From Amphiscolops sp. MND2022 (taxonomy: Eukaryota): a DNA stretch of 64,000 nt. The notes under the pieces were generated by a model. The model did no database searches. It was not told the DNA's origin and saw nothing but the letters and a program-made list of their open reading frames with translations. Of the stretch, positions 23,930-38,197 are shown piece by piece. Where the stretch lies: contig OZ076409.1 in assembly GCA_964187785.1 (NCBI GenBank), positions 59,026,001 through 59,090,000 on the forward strand, written 5' to 3'. Made by a program: the position numbers and the translations under genes. Position 1 is the first letter of the stretch, and each line of letters opens with the position of its first letter.

Positions 23930-25318
23930 CCAGGTTTTCGACCTTTGCAAATCTGTGCAGATCTGCAGGATTTTTTCTGCAGGGTTCTGCAAAGATCGTT
24001 GCACTGAATCTTGAAGAACCATAAAGATCTGCATAAATTTTACAGAAGTGTGCAGATTGTCTCGAAAGATTTTTGCAGAAATATGTTTTTTTGCAACTTC
24101 TAAACCAAAATACTGCATTTTTGAACTTCTTCAACTACTTCATCCAGTATTTCAGCTGACCAAGGTTCAGTCAGTTGACACTCTCCATCACTCAAAATTC
24201 TTGAAAATTTGTCCCCTTCACGGTAGTTATAGTGGTGACTGGAGAATGTTTGGTATTGGTTATACACCGTAATGATTTCCAGAAAACTCAACACAAGAAA
24301 ACTCAACAAAAGAAAACTCATCACAAGAATACTCAGCACAAAAAACTCAACACAAGAAAACTCAACAGAAGAAAACTCAACACACGAAAACTCAACACAT
24401 CTTAAGCATTTAATAATCGTGATATATATTATACATCTATACTCCTTGTTCGTACTGCTAATAATTTATGCATTTGACACAATTTTTCTAAAATATTTGT
24501 GTTTGCTTTTGAACTTTTTCTATCGTTTTGTTTCATGGCCTGGGCCAATGTAACATGAAAAACAGTTTAATATTGGAAAAAGTCGCAATAAGTGTAAAGG
24601 AAATTATACGTCTTTATATGTTTTTGAAATGAGTCGCAACTGTGACCAAGTGTAAACGGAAATAATCCGGTTTTAACAATTAGTCAGATTGCGGAAAATA
24701 AACTCAATTGAGGTGTTAACTAAAATTAATTAATTGTGTTGAAATGTGTTTGAATTTTCGTGTTGAGTTTTCTGTGTTGAGTATTCTTGTGTTGAGTTTT
24801 CTGTTTTTTTTTGTGTTGAGTTTTCTGTGTTGGGTTTTCTTGTGGTGAGTTTTCATGTGGTGAGTTTTCCGTACCCCAATTTATCCATTCCACTGGAACT
24901 TTGCAGAAGTGATTGTTAAACTTTGAGAGGCTCGTTTGCCATATTGACTTCGTTTTGACGGATCAAATTTGACATGTGGCAACCTTCTGTGTTGGTATTC
25001 GTGTTGATACGGTTTTTTTGTTGTAATATTTCGGGAACAAATTTTTTGTGGTGATCTTGGTAATTGCTGGTAACTCGAAATACGTTATAGTAATTTATTC
25101 GTCATTGTTTGCCTCTGCAAAGATCTGCAAAAAATGTTTCATCATTTTGACATAAATGAGATTTCTCTCCAGTTTCAAACATTTTTATTATTCGTTTATC
25201 ATCACTGTGAGGTTTTTATTGAGTTTCTGAGTAGGTCTTCTTTCGAATCTGCACATATCTGCAAAGCTCTGCAAAAATACTGCAGATCTGCAAAGATTCG
25301 CAAAGATCGAAAACCTCG
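23930..25318. mobile_element. Non-autonomous TIR element (MITE) with ~60 bp imperfect TIRs rich in TGCAGATCTGCA
   Basis: Left end AGGTTTTCGACCTTTGCAAATCTGTGCAGATCTGCAG mirrors right end CTGCAGATCTGCAAAGATTCGCAAAGATCGAAAACCT. Confidence 0.75.
24281..24874. mobile_element. Foldback-like element nested in the MITE: inverted arrays of a ~15 bp unit GAAAACTCAACACAA
   Basis: About 8 tandem units at 24282-24400 and their reverse complements (TTGTGTTGAGTTTTC) at ~24745-24870, around an AT-rich core. Confidence 0.8.
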
Positions 25319-28300
25319 TATGTCCAATAATCAGTAGCAAACACTTGACTTGGGTGATCGTGGTATTAGCCACCCTGATTGAAAGTGCTTGTTTTTTTTA
25401 CAAGTTTTTGTAAGTTACCACGCTAACTTTTTATGATTTTATAAAATTCTCAAGGTAACTTTTATGCATTAAAACGATTCAGTTTCATCGAGCTGCCTAT
25501 AAAATGCATCCTAAATTTGGCGGTAATTCCAAGACACAAAGTTTTGCAGGTTTTATTAAGATTACATTCTAATTTTGAAAACAGCTGTGACCTCAATATT
25601 TTCACCGCGATTTCAATGCTAATGAATTTCAGCCAAGTTAAAAGTTTCAAAGTTGCGTCATGTTCAGCGTGTTATTTGACTAACGGTGGTTACACAAGGT
25701 GTTTACCTGAGCAACTTACGCGTGAAAATGCTTCCATTATTTTCTATGTTTATCAAAGATTTAGAATGCATGCATGGATGCAACATGGAAAACTTTCTGG
25801 CATGTTTGACTAGGGCAAAACATATTATAGCTGATAGATGGAATATTTTGCGTGGATCACCTTTCCTCTCAATGTTGTGGAAAGTTTTGAAAACCTGTTA
25901 CTTATATCATTCATATCGGCCAACCACTTTCGATTACAAAGCATTTCTAGCTAAAAATTCCATCAATGTTCGGCAGTTTTATTTATAACCCTCAGTTTAA
26001 GCTTTAGTGAATATAATTTTGAGTTGTTTTGCTTGACTGTGGTCATCATATGTCAGATTTTTGAAAACACACCTTACTTTCATTATTGAGGTGACACGAG
26101 CATTTTAATGATGTGATTATGCGTTTGTTGTTTGTTGTTCTAACAATCAACAAAAGCTTCTGTGAGCTTTCAGTATTCCATGAAGTTTCCGAAAAACTGA
26201 CGAAATAGATATTCACACTTGTTTGTCGGCTCCCGATTTGCTGACACAAGATAACAAGATAACAAATAGTTGAACTGAATTTCAAATTTTAGAAGCCAGG
26301 CAATGTCTCTGGATCTGAGAAAAATCCATAATTGCTCTTCAACTCCTTATGAAGACTGAAATTACAAAAATAGAACGTTAGGATATTACTGTATAGTAAA
26401 TGATAGTAAAATTTAGTATGACATAAGAAGTAGAATTCATTAGTATACTAGCAACCTCAAGAATTGCAGTGTGAAAAGTTTTGTGACAACTGACTGCATC
26501 ATTAGTCGGTAACAGTTTTGGAGAAACTGTCTCGAGACAGTTTTAATTACATTGGAACACCACCGATTGTGTTCAACACACTTAACGAATAGTCCACCTA
26601 ATAAAACGGCGCGGTATCGCTTTAACCCTGGTGACTGATTTATCGCCAAATTGTTTGCCAAGAAGAATTCCATTAAGATTCCGAAAAGATTATCTCGTTG
26701 TTTTTTTGTATTTTTTATTCATTCGTTCAAAACTCAACAGCACACAATTAGGTGATGATAAATTATCTGATAGAGTAAAAATAGTGAACTGCATGTTTGT
26801 TTGCATCATCTTAGTATGGCTCTTTTCTGAAACCCCCCCCCCCCCAACACCACCACCACCACCATTTATTTGGGAAAATTGTGAAAATCACATAACAAAT
26901 AGACTTGGATACAAACCAGAAAGCTTCAATTTTTATATTTATTTTCATCATGATAGTTTAGGATTCCGATTCTTGTTTCGAGTCATCAATAAACACTTAA
27001 TGCGAACATAATTATAGTGAAAATGTGTGAACCATGTTTGTCCAAGGCAAAAACTGTTCTAATAAACGTTAAGGTTTTACGTTTAATTAAGCTATTCTAA
27101 AGTTTTAAGGAAATTTACTTCGGTTGTGGGGGGGGGATTTAACAGAAAAGAACCCATAGTATGAACATAGGATGATGATACATCATGTTTCATAGTATGT
27201 TAAGAGTTTGAGGAATGATGAATTCTAGATTAAAAATTAAGATGTTGGACATGGCATAGACATAAACAAACTTCACAAATTAGTTACAGAGTGCTAATGT
27301 TGTACTTTTAGGAAGGCACTCAGCTCGTGAGATACATTGTATTCCACTTGACGGGGCCCACGAAAAGAACGTGGCCTCTTTTGGTCTCAATGCACGTAAA
27401 AAACATGGATAACTAAAATTCATAGGAAAAACATGGAAATGCCACAAACGACGCTTGTGTATGCTAGGTGCTAATCCATGGACTTTGCCTCCAATTAATG
27501 TTGCAAACATTAGATCTTAGACCTATATGATAATACTCGAGAAATAGATGAGGAGGATATTATGATCAAGGAATGGACCCCAAACTACGACAAGACTTTG
27601 AATAATAACAGCAAATTATTTAAAATCTGCCCAACTTCCAACCGGATTATGTAAGAATTTGATCCAAAAAAGTTTGGCAAAATAGATGCTAAATCATGGA
27701 AACTACATGTTAAAATTAGAACAATCAGATCTTGGACCGATGTTATTTTCATCTTTAAAAAAAGAACCAAAATTCTCGAAAGATAAATATTTCTGGAATA
27801 TTCTTATTTTTGCCTCTAATATGAGGGAAGAAGATCCAAATATAAGGTTACTTTATGGAGTTTAGACGTTAAAATAACCTATTTTGATCTAGATATTACA
27901 CGTCCAGATCCCGAGGAAAGAGAATATTGTCTAAAATCCACGCTTCATCCATTTTGAAGTCGTTAAATTTAGTCCAATAATTTCTAGCTATCCAGCAGCT
28001 CCAGGAAACTCAGTGCCGAAATATGTCATTAATGCTACCCGGGTCATTAGGGCAAGCTTAAAAACTTCATATCCGAAAGCAACAAAAAAAGACATTTTGT
28101 TGATGCCCATTTTTCAGTAAATTCTGACAATTGAAAACGAATTTTTCGAAATTTCTAACATGCTCAGCCATACTATGGTTTCGAGTGTTTAAAGACTCAC
28201 TTCTAAAAAATGTTTCCGCTATGATTTGACACTGCGAAACAGAGGACGCCGGAACTATCTGAATTTTTCTGTTTTGGGACCATTTCGATTTTCAAAAAAA

Positions 28301-28852
28301 ATGTTTCCAGGTTGTTATCAAACTGAGAATGTAAAACTTTAAAAATCATACTCATCAAAATAGGGTGTCGTTGGTAGAGCGCCTGAGTCAAGAAAGGCTC
28401 AATAAACGAACCTTTGAGGACCCACGAGAAGCACTGAACCACGAATTTCTTCGAAATTTTATTTCGCTCGTTAAATAAAATAGATTTTGTGAAAAAAAAA
28501 CTAGGTGTGCGTAAATTCTTTGTATCTACAGTATCAAAATACTACGTTTATTTTTTGTAAGATGGTCATACTAAAACATAAGATTGTTCACTATCTTTTG
28601 TGGGGTCATCCTCGGATACTACTGTGGATAAACATTGCGAACAAGTTAGTGAACAAGACGCCCGCTGACCAGCGGGATATCTTCCGCCCCAAGATCTTCT
28701 ACAACGACAATCTTGAGGCTCAAGAGTAGCCAATGCACTATGAAAAGGCATAAAATTTAAAGGAATGAAAGTTTTGACATTTCTTGATTCATCTTATCCC
28801 ATTTTTAAATACAGCACCTGATTTAAGAACACGCTCAGTACCGAATGGTTTT

Positions 28853-30540
28853 GTTATTTTCCGCCCATATTTCATATCTGGGAAATGAAAATAATTGAAT
28901 CAAACGGGTTTTTTTTACAAAAGTTGTCAAGCACCAAATTAATGTTCAACTTTAAGGGTGTTACCCATAGAATTCAACTCACAAAAAATTAGCTTCGTGC
29001 GATATGTATTTGTGGATATTTCTGGATTTTTTAGTTGACCCCAAGGACCACAGAATGACCCCAAAATGACCCCCAAAACAGAAAAATTGCAAAAATTTCC
29101 AATTTTGTCGTTGTAATGCAATTTTAATCAATTTTTTGATAAATATCGTAGATAAGAATGTTGAAAACGTTCACAAAGTCACAAATTCGTTCTCCAGTAG
29201 GCTTCTATGAAGAGATAATTGCAGTTATTGGGATGAAAAACGTCTCAAATTAACACCGAAAATGACAAAAAACCAAAAAATTCCCGGTTTTTATGCAATT
29301 CAAATCAAATTTTTGATAGACTTCGTGGATTAGAATGTTGAAAACGCTCAACATGTAACTAATCCGTTGTTCAGAAGGCATTTCCGAAGAGATAATTGCT
29401 GTTTTCTAAATGAAAAATCTCAAAATGACACCGAAAATGACAAAATCTCAATATTTTCATTTTTCAAAGTTTTTACGCATTTTTCGTCAAACTTTTGAAA
29501 GACTTCGTGAGTTGGAAATTTTTGAACGCCAACAAGGAAAAGATTGGTTGTTCAGTAGTTTTTTCCGAAGTGTTTATTGCATTTTTCTAAACGCAAATGT
29601 CTCAAATGCATACCAAAAATGACAAAAGTCCCAAAAACTTTTTATTTTCAATGGTTTTATTCATTTTGACCCAAATTTCCGACAGACTTCGGTAATTGGA
29701 ACGTTGAAAACGGTCAACAAGGAAAACATGTGTTGTGTTGTCCAGTATGTTTAGAAAAGAGATAAGTGCAGATTTTCAGACAAAAACTGTCCGAAATTGA
29801 TATCGAAAAAGACAAATTTCGAAAATTTTCAAATTTGCACTATTTATGTTCAATTTTTGTCAAAATATTGATAGTCTTCGTGGACTAGAGTGTTACCATG
29901 CCTAAAGCATGGGCAAGCTTGTTGTTTCGGTGAGCTTTCGTTGCGAGACAAGCTCAATCTGTAAAAGAACAATGCTTCAATTGACCCTGAATTGTCGAAA
30001 AGTTTGAAGCTTTTTTGTTTTTGATGCAATTTCTGTACAATTACCGAAAGATTTCGTTCTAATTTTCAACACAATCAGCTCAAGAATGAGAGAACGATTT
30101 ATGCATTACATTTTTTGAAGAGAACGTTGCAAGGTTTTGCTTCGAAAACACTTCAAAAACCCTCCAAAGAAGTCGAAACGTTTCAACATTTTTGTTTTTG
30201 TGCAATTTGTGTACTTTTTGGATCATTTTGGAATCAGAAGGATGGGAAATTTTCAACAAAGACTGAACTGATAATCCAGTAGGCTTTTAAATATATATTG
30301 GACACTTTGGGTGGAAAAAGGCTTATAATTGACCGCAAATTCGAAAATGTCGAAATTTTTGTCAGTTTCTGAGATTTTCAGTGAATTTTTATTTGAGATT
30401 GGTTGAAAAAAGCTTCGAAAAGCTCCAGATGATGACACCAGGCCCGAAGCACAATTTTCAAAAAAGTTGCCAAATTTATGGTCAAAAGTTTCCTCAAAAC
30501 AACCCATATATTCGAAAAACTAAGAAGTTTTTTTAACCTT
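28853..30540 (+). repeat. Dispersed AT-rich repeat with internal ~185 bp tandem subunits; second copy at ~58613-60720
   Basis: Both copies start TTATTTTCCGCCCATATTTCATAT and contain the repeated unit GACTTCGTGGATTAGAATGTTGAAAACG...AATGAAAAATGTCTCAAATTGACACCGAAAATGAC. Confidence 0.8.
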
Positions 30541-30549
30541 TTTAGGCCG

Positions 30550-31091
30550 TTTTTAGTCGGCGCATTTTAGTAGAAAATGTGCCCGACTATTACAGTGGGT
30601 AGTTTTTTTAAACACGAAAGGTCCACTTTTTTGTACATTTGTTTAACAACCTCAAACCTCAACAACTTCAAACCTCAACAACTCCAACCTCAGAAGAGCA
30701 CTCAAAACGAAAAGAAAAAACAAAACGGACGTCCACAACCTCGAAAACACACCTTAGCCCCACTTTTTTTCGGCACTATGCGACTTTTTTTGAAGTTTTT
30801 TGGATTGCACCAGAGGGTCCCCCCTTCATTTGTTTCGATATTTTGCAACACAAGGGATGTCAAAAAATTGCAAAAAGTCCCCCCCTTTACATTTTTCGGC
30901 ACTGTGACACTGTTCAAAAATCTCATTTGAAAAAATTTTTTGGGGAAATTTTTTCATGTCTCCAAAAGGTCTCCCCTTCAATTTTTTAGAATTTTTTGCA
31001 ACCAGCTGGAGTTTTTCAAAGCCCGACGGGTCCCCCTTTTAAATTTTGAGCCTTAGATATGGCGCCGACTTGGGCCGTTCTCGGCTTGTTT
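30550..31091 (+). mobile_element. Helentron/DINE-1-like non-autonomous element (HINE)
   Basis: T-run, then subTIR AGTCGGCGC with a nearby partial inverted repeat CCGACTAT, internal GGGTCCCCC repeats, 3' subTIR GCGCCGACT, a GCCG-TTCT-CGGC stem-loop and TTGTTT. Confidence 0.7.
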
Positions 31092-34000
31092 GTACAAATT
31101 TTGAGCTACTTCCTTGTATTGAATGGTTAAAACAACTGAACGATGATTTATCTGGTTATCTCCAGTAGGCAATTTTGCAGAGATAACTGCATTGTTTTTG
31201 GAAAAACAAAAAAGCACGTTGTTTAACAAACGAATCCCAACTATTGTTCAAACCACGAAAGTTTTTGAAGAGTTGAACTTGCAATGACCTGAGCGTTGAA
31301 GCAATAAGGTAATAAAAATGCAATTGGGGAATAAGTTGGATAAAGTTCATCAAGTTTCCAACAAAGTTGTCAAACTTTCCGAACTTTTTTTTATTTTCGA
31401 CAACATAGTCCCAATTTTGGACCCTTCCAAAATTTACTTCAATCAGAAATACCATAGGCTCAGGATTGGAAACTGTAGCTACCTGTAGTGTTTCGAACAG
31501 ATATCAGATAACTTCATTTGCACAATTTTCAGAAAACTTTACTCGAAAACGTAAATTTTGACCTCAAGGTTTCGATCTAAGGAAAATGTTTCGAGCTACT
31601 TTGTGGGTTAGAATGGTGTAAACATTCAACAACAACTAAACGCGGTGTCCAGTAGGCCTATTTCTGAAGGGACATTTGTAAATTCATGTTAAAAAGTTTC
31701 TCAAATTGACCCCAAAGTTGTCAAAACTATTTCCAATTTTTGACACTTCTGGTGAAACTATGTGCAGTTATACAACAAACTGGGATCGCTCAACTTTCCT
31801 AAATTTGCAAAGGACCTGATTTAAAGTTTTTGCCATTTTCTCAGTGCCAAAAACTAACTCAAGAAAAACGCCTGAGACTAGGAAACCACTTTTTCCGCAA
31901 CAGGAATCACTAGAAATCAATTTTTGGATTTTTCCAGTAAAGTTCTATGATGCCGAAGCGAGTTTCAGCTCGCGAAACTACTTTTCCCAAGCCGAAATGA
32001 GCTATGAAAGCAAGGGGGTATTTTTTGACCAAGTGAAATTTTAGGAAAAAACGCACGGAGTCAAAAAAACTGAAATGATATAAATTCCACAATCAATTAG
32101 AAATCTCGTCAGTTCCATTTGATCAAAAGTAACAAAGAAGTCACCCTCAAGACTCGGGGAACCTTTTCCTTTACAGGAAACCTCAAAAATTGAAAATTGC
32201 AAAAAATGTTTTTCGAAATTCATTCTCAAAGAAATTTCTGAAAATTTTCTATTTTATCGGTAAGTTGCATAGTGTCGAAAAAACACAAGGTGGCCAGCTA
32301 TCCCAGATATAATAACTTATGTGTTTTCTTAAAAATGGGCTAAGATGAATCAGAGCTTTCTTTTCTTCGAACGTCTTTGCGTTTTTATAGTGCATTGGCT
32401 ATTCTTGAGCCTCAAGTTTATGTAGTTGTAGAACCGTTTGGGTCTCGTTACCCAATCAGTCACACGTTACTGCGTATCATTGTGCTACTAATCAGCTTCG
32501 ATCAAACTATATTGAAGAGAAACCTCAAGTAAAATCCCCCTTTGTTTAATTAGTTGCAATTATAGTTTGAATTTTCCCCGCTCGTTTCTTTTAAATTCAA
32601 GTATAGAAACAGCCATATATCTTTCCAAAGGCCACCCGTTTCATTTTGGCGCTGAAGGATAAAAGGACAACTTTTCATTCCTTGAAAAATTTTTGCTTTG
32701 GTTTTTGACTGTTTCCAGTTTCCAGTTAGAAGAGGAAGTTTGCCCCAAATGGTCGTCCTTTCCATTATTTTTTTTATTTTGTGAATTTTGATAAACTTTC
32801 GAAAATAGTTCTTCAAATGAAGTAATTTGGTCTTTTAGAAGGCTTTCATGGTGGCAGACTTGTACCGTTCTCGACTTGTTAAATCTCGAATCTTCAACGT
32901 ATATATAACTGATTCAGTGCCACACCAATGATGAATCAAACTACACTGCTTCCAAATGAAACGGAACGGCAAGATGGAGTGAAAAGTCAAACAATATTGA
33001 GTAGCAAAAAATTGAACGTTCCATAGAGTACTTCAGACCCACGCGAGAGAGCTTAGAAGAATAGAAGTTCTACTTTTTTAAGAATTTCAATCGATATCTC
33101 ATCTTTCTTTGATATTTTGTGAATGTCAGGTATACTTCGAAAGTGTCCTCCGGTAATTGAACGCTTCCGATGAGTTTGCGCAAATTACTTCGCTGAATAG
33201 TTATTCGCCCAATATCGGACCATTTTCAGACCGTTCATAAAACTGTTTCCAATTGTCGTCAGGCATTTTGTTGTCCCATTATTGACCACTTATAAATGTC
33301 ATATATTTTTCGAAATTAAAGTGGTTTCATGGTGTATGACGACGTAACAAAACTACCGTGAACACAAAATGAGACGTGATCATCACGATGTGTTCAAACC
33401 TGGACGGGTTCTCCCACTGACAATCAGATTGTCAACACGTTGAATCAATTTGGGACTTAGGAGTTTAGCTGCTTTCAATTTCTCTCTAGATTCTGCAAAA
33501 GTATTCCAGTTCGACGCATAGTGGAAGTTGGCGAAACGCGGTGAATCCGTTCAGCTGAAGTTGTGACGTATGTACAGGTACCCAAGAACAAATGTTGCTG
33601 TGTTTTTATGACCCTTGATACTAAGAGTGGTCAGTTTGATTTAATCAAAAAAATTGTATAAACATTTCCTTCAAGTCAGCTGAAATCGGGTAGGTTGTTA
33701 ACGAAATCTCATGAAAACAATAATCAATGTTCGCAAGAAGTCTGGACGCAGCTTAAGAAGCGTTTTTTGGAGAAACAACACGAAACTTTGCTGCACCATT
33801 CATGAGTTCACGGCGTACTTCATGATGATACGTTGCGAACCTTGCACAGCGGTTCCCAACTTTGAATCAATCTGACCTGTCGACTTCAACGCTGTCTCCT
33901 TATTCGTCTAAGTCTTCTGCGATCTAATTCTTGCGATTCGAGCTCAGTTCACGTTGAGGTCAGGGGTTCCTAACAATCAGCGTTCAGGGGAATCTACTAG

Positions 34001-34860
34001 CATTGAGTCTGGTTATTCATGAGGCTCTTGTTCTTTTGAGGAGTCAGCAAGAGCCATATTATATCAACACCTGCCATGACATGTTTCGCACTGGAAACGT
34101 TTCGATGACTTAGTTCAGGCAGCCGACCAAGGGTCCTTTTTTTCTTTGCCAAAATGTTTCAATCCATGCCAAGTCGGAAGTTTATGAGCTGCCTTGGTTT
34201 CACTCTCTTCCGTTAAGAAACTTGGTGTATAATTCTAAGGCTGCAGGCAACGGTTGAAACCCAATTCACAATAGACGGAGTTGAGAAAAATAGTTTTGGG
34301 ATCGGACTCAAAATACTCCAATGAACAGGTTGATTGAAGCACATTGTGACCAAATTTCCTTTTTACGTCTCGATAATTACATTTCCTGGGTTGTTACAGC
34401 AACGGGCTGTAATTGACGGTACAGAGTTTCCAATAAATCAACGTTGATGACGTCATTTTCAAAAAATGACTTTTTTCACGTAACCTTTGACATCAAGACA
34501 GTGCCAGCGCCACCGGAACGAACAGGCATTAGTTTGAGCTCATCTACTTCATTGCCAACGACTGCCTTTGCTAAAATGCATTACTGATCTTTTGTCAACC
34601 CTTTACGTTCAACTATTTTACAAGAAGTTCTGAGTTCCATGAGTGCAAGCGGAGTCACGCAAGGATTTCGCCTTTGCAAAAGTAGTTCAAGTGTGGACTT
34701 CGAATCCACTTGTTTGGAGAATTCGTTCAACATCAGTTTGAATGCATACCTTGCTTTTTGGCAAAATTTCAGTCGTTGCAGTTCTTTCGAGATCGATTTG
34801 TTTGATTCAATGATGGGTTTTGTGAGAATTTTGGTTGAAGCTTGACAAACGTGAAGTGAG

Positions 34861-35460
34861 AACTGAAACAACGATCTTTATAATTCTGTAACTGTCGACA
34901 CTTCCATTCAGAGTGGTTTCTTTTCGGATAAAAAACAAAGTTAGCTTTTGGCAACAACCATTTCTCAAATGATTGGTGCCTCAGTGAGAAACATGCAACA
35001 TAGATAAATATACGAGATGGTTTTTCTTTGCTGGCAAAGCAATTCACTTGCACTACACTGTAGTTTAGGATTGATCACAGTTACAGTCGAACATGCACTT
35101 GAACTACCAGTGGCAATTCCTTCAGCTTCTGGTTTTGTTCACGTAGCTACAGGAGATACGTTTCGACACTTCAGGGCTTTCCTGAGAAGCCTATTTTCTC
35201 AAGTATATTTTTCAGCAACGTGAATAGAGTATAGTCGTACCTCGAAAGCAGTCCAAACTGTTGGCGAGTACGCAAATACCTTTCCGTATTTATCAATCTT
35301 CCAATTGAGCTCTCACAACTCCCAGTGGTTTTTGAATTATACACTCAAGAGTCTTAAGTGCATCTGGGTTCATTTCCCCTCAGTAAGCACCCCAAAGCAT
35401 TTTGATATTTTAAGGAGTTCGTTTTTGAAAACAAGTTTTATTATTTAAAAAAAATTGAGT
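34861..35460 (+). repeat. Uninterrupted paralogue of the interior of the piggyBac-like element (contains both empty insertion sites)
   Basis: Matches 37872-38197 + 39862-40025 + 46014-46127. It has a single CCTGA at ~35181 and a single TACAC at 35340-35344. Confidence 0.9.
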
Positions 35461-38197
35461 CAAAAGACTCACAACAGCAAATTAAAATCCTACTTTAAGA
35501 AATAATCGAATATGAGCAATTTGATTGCGTGATCAAATAACGGAACCAATGTTGAGGAACAATTAGGAACCAACACGTACTTAGTCGATGTTAGAAGCAA
35601 AATTCACCAAAAACGAACACGCAGAATTTCAAATGATATATCTTCACAGGCTTGCCAAAGCTAATCAAAGCTTTTGATCTCGCGACTGCCATATACAGGT
35701 TTTAAATGGAGGATTCCTAGGCTACCATGTCATGAGCACTCACATAGGTTAGTCTCAAAGTTTTTCTCCATGAAAAGTTTAACTGTGTTGTTTTCGAAAG
35801 AAGACAGACACTTTTTGTATATTATTTTTTTCATCACTTTCATTTTGGGTATAATCAAGTCTTGGACTTCGCAATAGACTCCAGTCCTCGGAAACTTTTA
35901 GACATGTTGTAGTTCAGTTTTTAGTCTCTTAAGAAAGGCACCGACTAGAGTCACGGCTTTTCGTCAGTGTTTTTTTTCGATACACCTGAACTGTCCAAAA
36001 TAGTCCTACAAAAGTTCGTCAATTTTAGCAATGCTCGATATAACGTATACCGGATATAACGACACAACCCATACCGGATTTAACGCGGACCGGATATAAA
36101 TTATACCTAATTTAACGTTTTTTGTTATTTCGACGAAGTGACAGATTCCGTCAATTTCTATCAATTTTGTTCAACTTGCAGACAACTTTCTTAGATTATA
36201 CATAACATCTAAAACGTACGTAAAATCGGATAAAACGTTTTCAAAGTTCGGATATAACGTTTTCATTTCTCGTATAACGTTATCATTTTTTCCCCAAAAG
36301 TTCATATAATTTGCGTCGAATGTAAAGCTTTAGGGTCAGGTTGTCAGTACTATAAGACTTTTTGGATTTTCGAAAAATCTTCATTCAAGAAGTGATACTA
36401 AAACCACGTCCCCGGGGTAAACTTTTGTGCCTCGTTTCGGCTTTGTGAGACTTTTTTTCGGAAATTTTTTAAGGTCTGCAAAGGGCCCCCCTTCAATTTT
36501 TTGATCTTTTGCAACAGAATGGATGTTGAAAAATCCGAAAGGGTCGCTCCTTTCAGTGTTTTTCCTCATTTCTGAGACTTTTTTGAAAAATGTTTAATGT
36601 CTTCAAAGGGTCCCTCTTCAATTTTTTTGTGATATTTTGCATCACAATAGATGTTAAAAAAATCCGAAAGGGGCGCCAGTTCGGTCCAACTTTTGGGTTT
36701 TTCGGGTACTGTAGAAGAGAATACTTGACACTTTGAAGTCATTTTGCTCTTTTTGAGCCTTAAATATGGAAATATTACATACTTAACAGATGGAAATATG
36801 CCTTTTTTCAAGAATAATTAAAGTATGTTTTGTTACAAAACATCAGATTTTCCAATTTTTTGGTCTTTTTTCTACAAAAGATTCGCCGGCCGAATTACCC
36901 TATTCAGCGACGCTGTTTCCTTATTTGTTCGTTTCTTTTCGATAATGAAAAATTTGCCCAACAACACAGTTTGTATACACAAGTTTAATATTATAGAAAC
37001 TGGATTGAAGAAATCAGAAATAATTATGGAAGATTGCAGCTGAATCTGAAAACTGCAATGTGGGTCCGTGTACAGTCATAAGCGCCCAGTCAAGAACGCT
37101 ACACTACAAAGCGCCTCGCTAATTTTTGAGCTGGTTTCTAATTAAATCTAATTGAATGTGTTCAAACAAAATAATATTTCACCATTAATACCACGCTTGC
37201 CATTTTCACACCTAACAAATTCCAATTGAAATCGACTTAAATTGTGGGACAGTATACTGCAATTACCAACTATGAAAGGCAGACTGAATTTGCCAAAAAT
37301 TCATTCGAATCGATGAAATTCATACACTGCTAAAAACGAAAAGTTAGTTTCAATTGATTGAATACTTTCAGATTAACTAGGTTGTTCCATTTCCATAATT
37401 TTCATAATGCTTCCATATTTTCCAATCATTTTTTTGCAATAAGTTATGCCTGTGATAAAACCAATAAGTCCTTCTTTCGTGTTTTTGACGATGTGAGACT
37501 TCATGCATATAAGAACAGCCCCATGGGTCTAGCGATTCTAATCAAAGAATCAGTATAACAAAGTTAACTTTTCTTAACCCTAAATAGACCAGGAAGCACT
37601 GGCTTCGGACTTTGAGCCAAAACTTTGCACATCTCGTGTCTCTGACTGCATTTCATCACGTTTGAAAACATGCTAGGTCCACTTTGACACAATCTTGATA
37701 CCAGTGGGATAGAGTGGCCACAAACGAAAACTTGAAAAACGGAGAACCTTCGCTGAACTTTTTTCGATTTTTGGCCCCGTTTTCTTGCTTTCCGAGACAT
37801 CATGTCAATATTCCGTGAAAAGGCGTGCAATGCTATGTAATATCGTCTAAATATCTAATTCAAGAATTGAAGAACTGAAACAACGATCTTTATAATTCTG
37901 TAACTGTCGACACTTCCATTTAAAGTGGTTTCTTTTCGGATAAAAAACAAAGTTAGCTTTTGGCGACAACCATTTCTCAAATGATTGGTGCCTCAGTGAG
38001 AAACACGCAACAGAGATAAATATACGAGATGGTTTTTCTTTGCTGGCAAAGATATTCGCTTGCACTACACTGTATTTTAGGATTGATCACAGTTACAGTC
38101 GAACATGCACTTGAACTACCAGTGGTAATTCCTTCAGCTTCTGGTTTTGTTCACGTAGCTACAGGAGATACGTTTAGACACTTCAGGGCTTTCCTGA

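Noticed and set aside
24282..24400. Short direct repeats as a possible CRISPR array or repeat protein (ORF 24272-24553)
   Set aside because: The 15 bp units abut with no unique spacers and are mirrored 350 bp away, which indicates a foldback transposon arm in a eukaryotic context.
28362..28445. tRNA/SINE-like GTTGGTAGAGCGCCTGA motif
   Set aside because: It has only an A-box-like half with no recognisable B-box, which is too weak to call.
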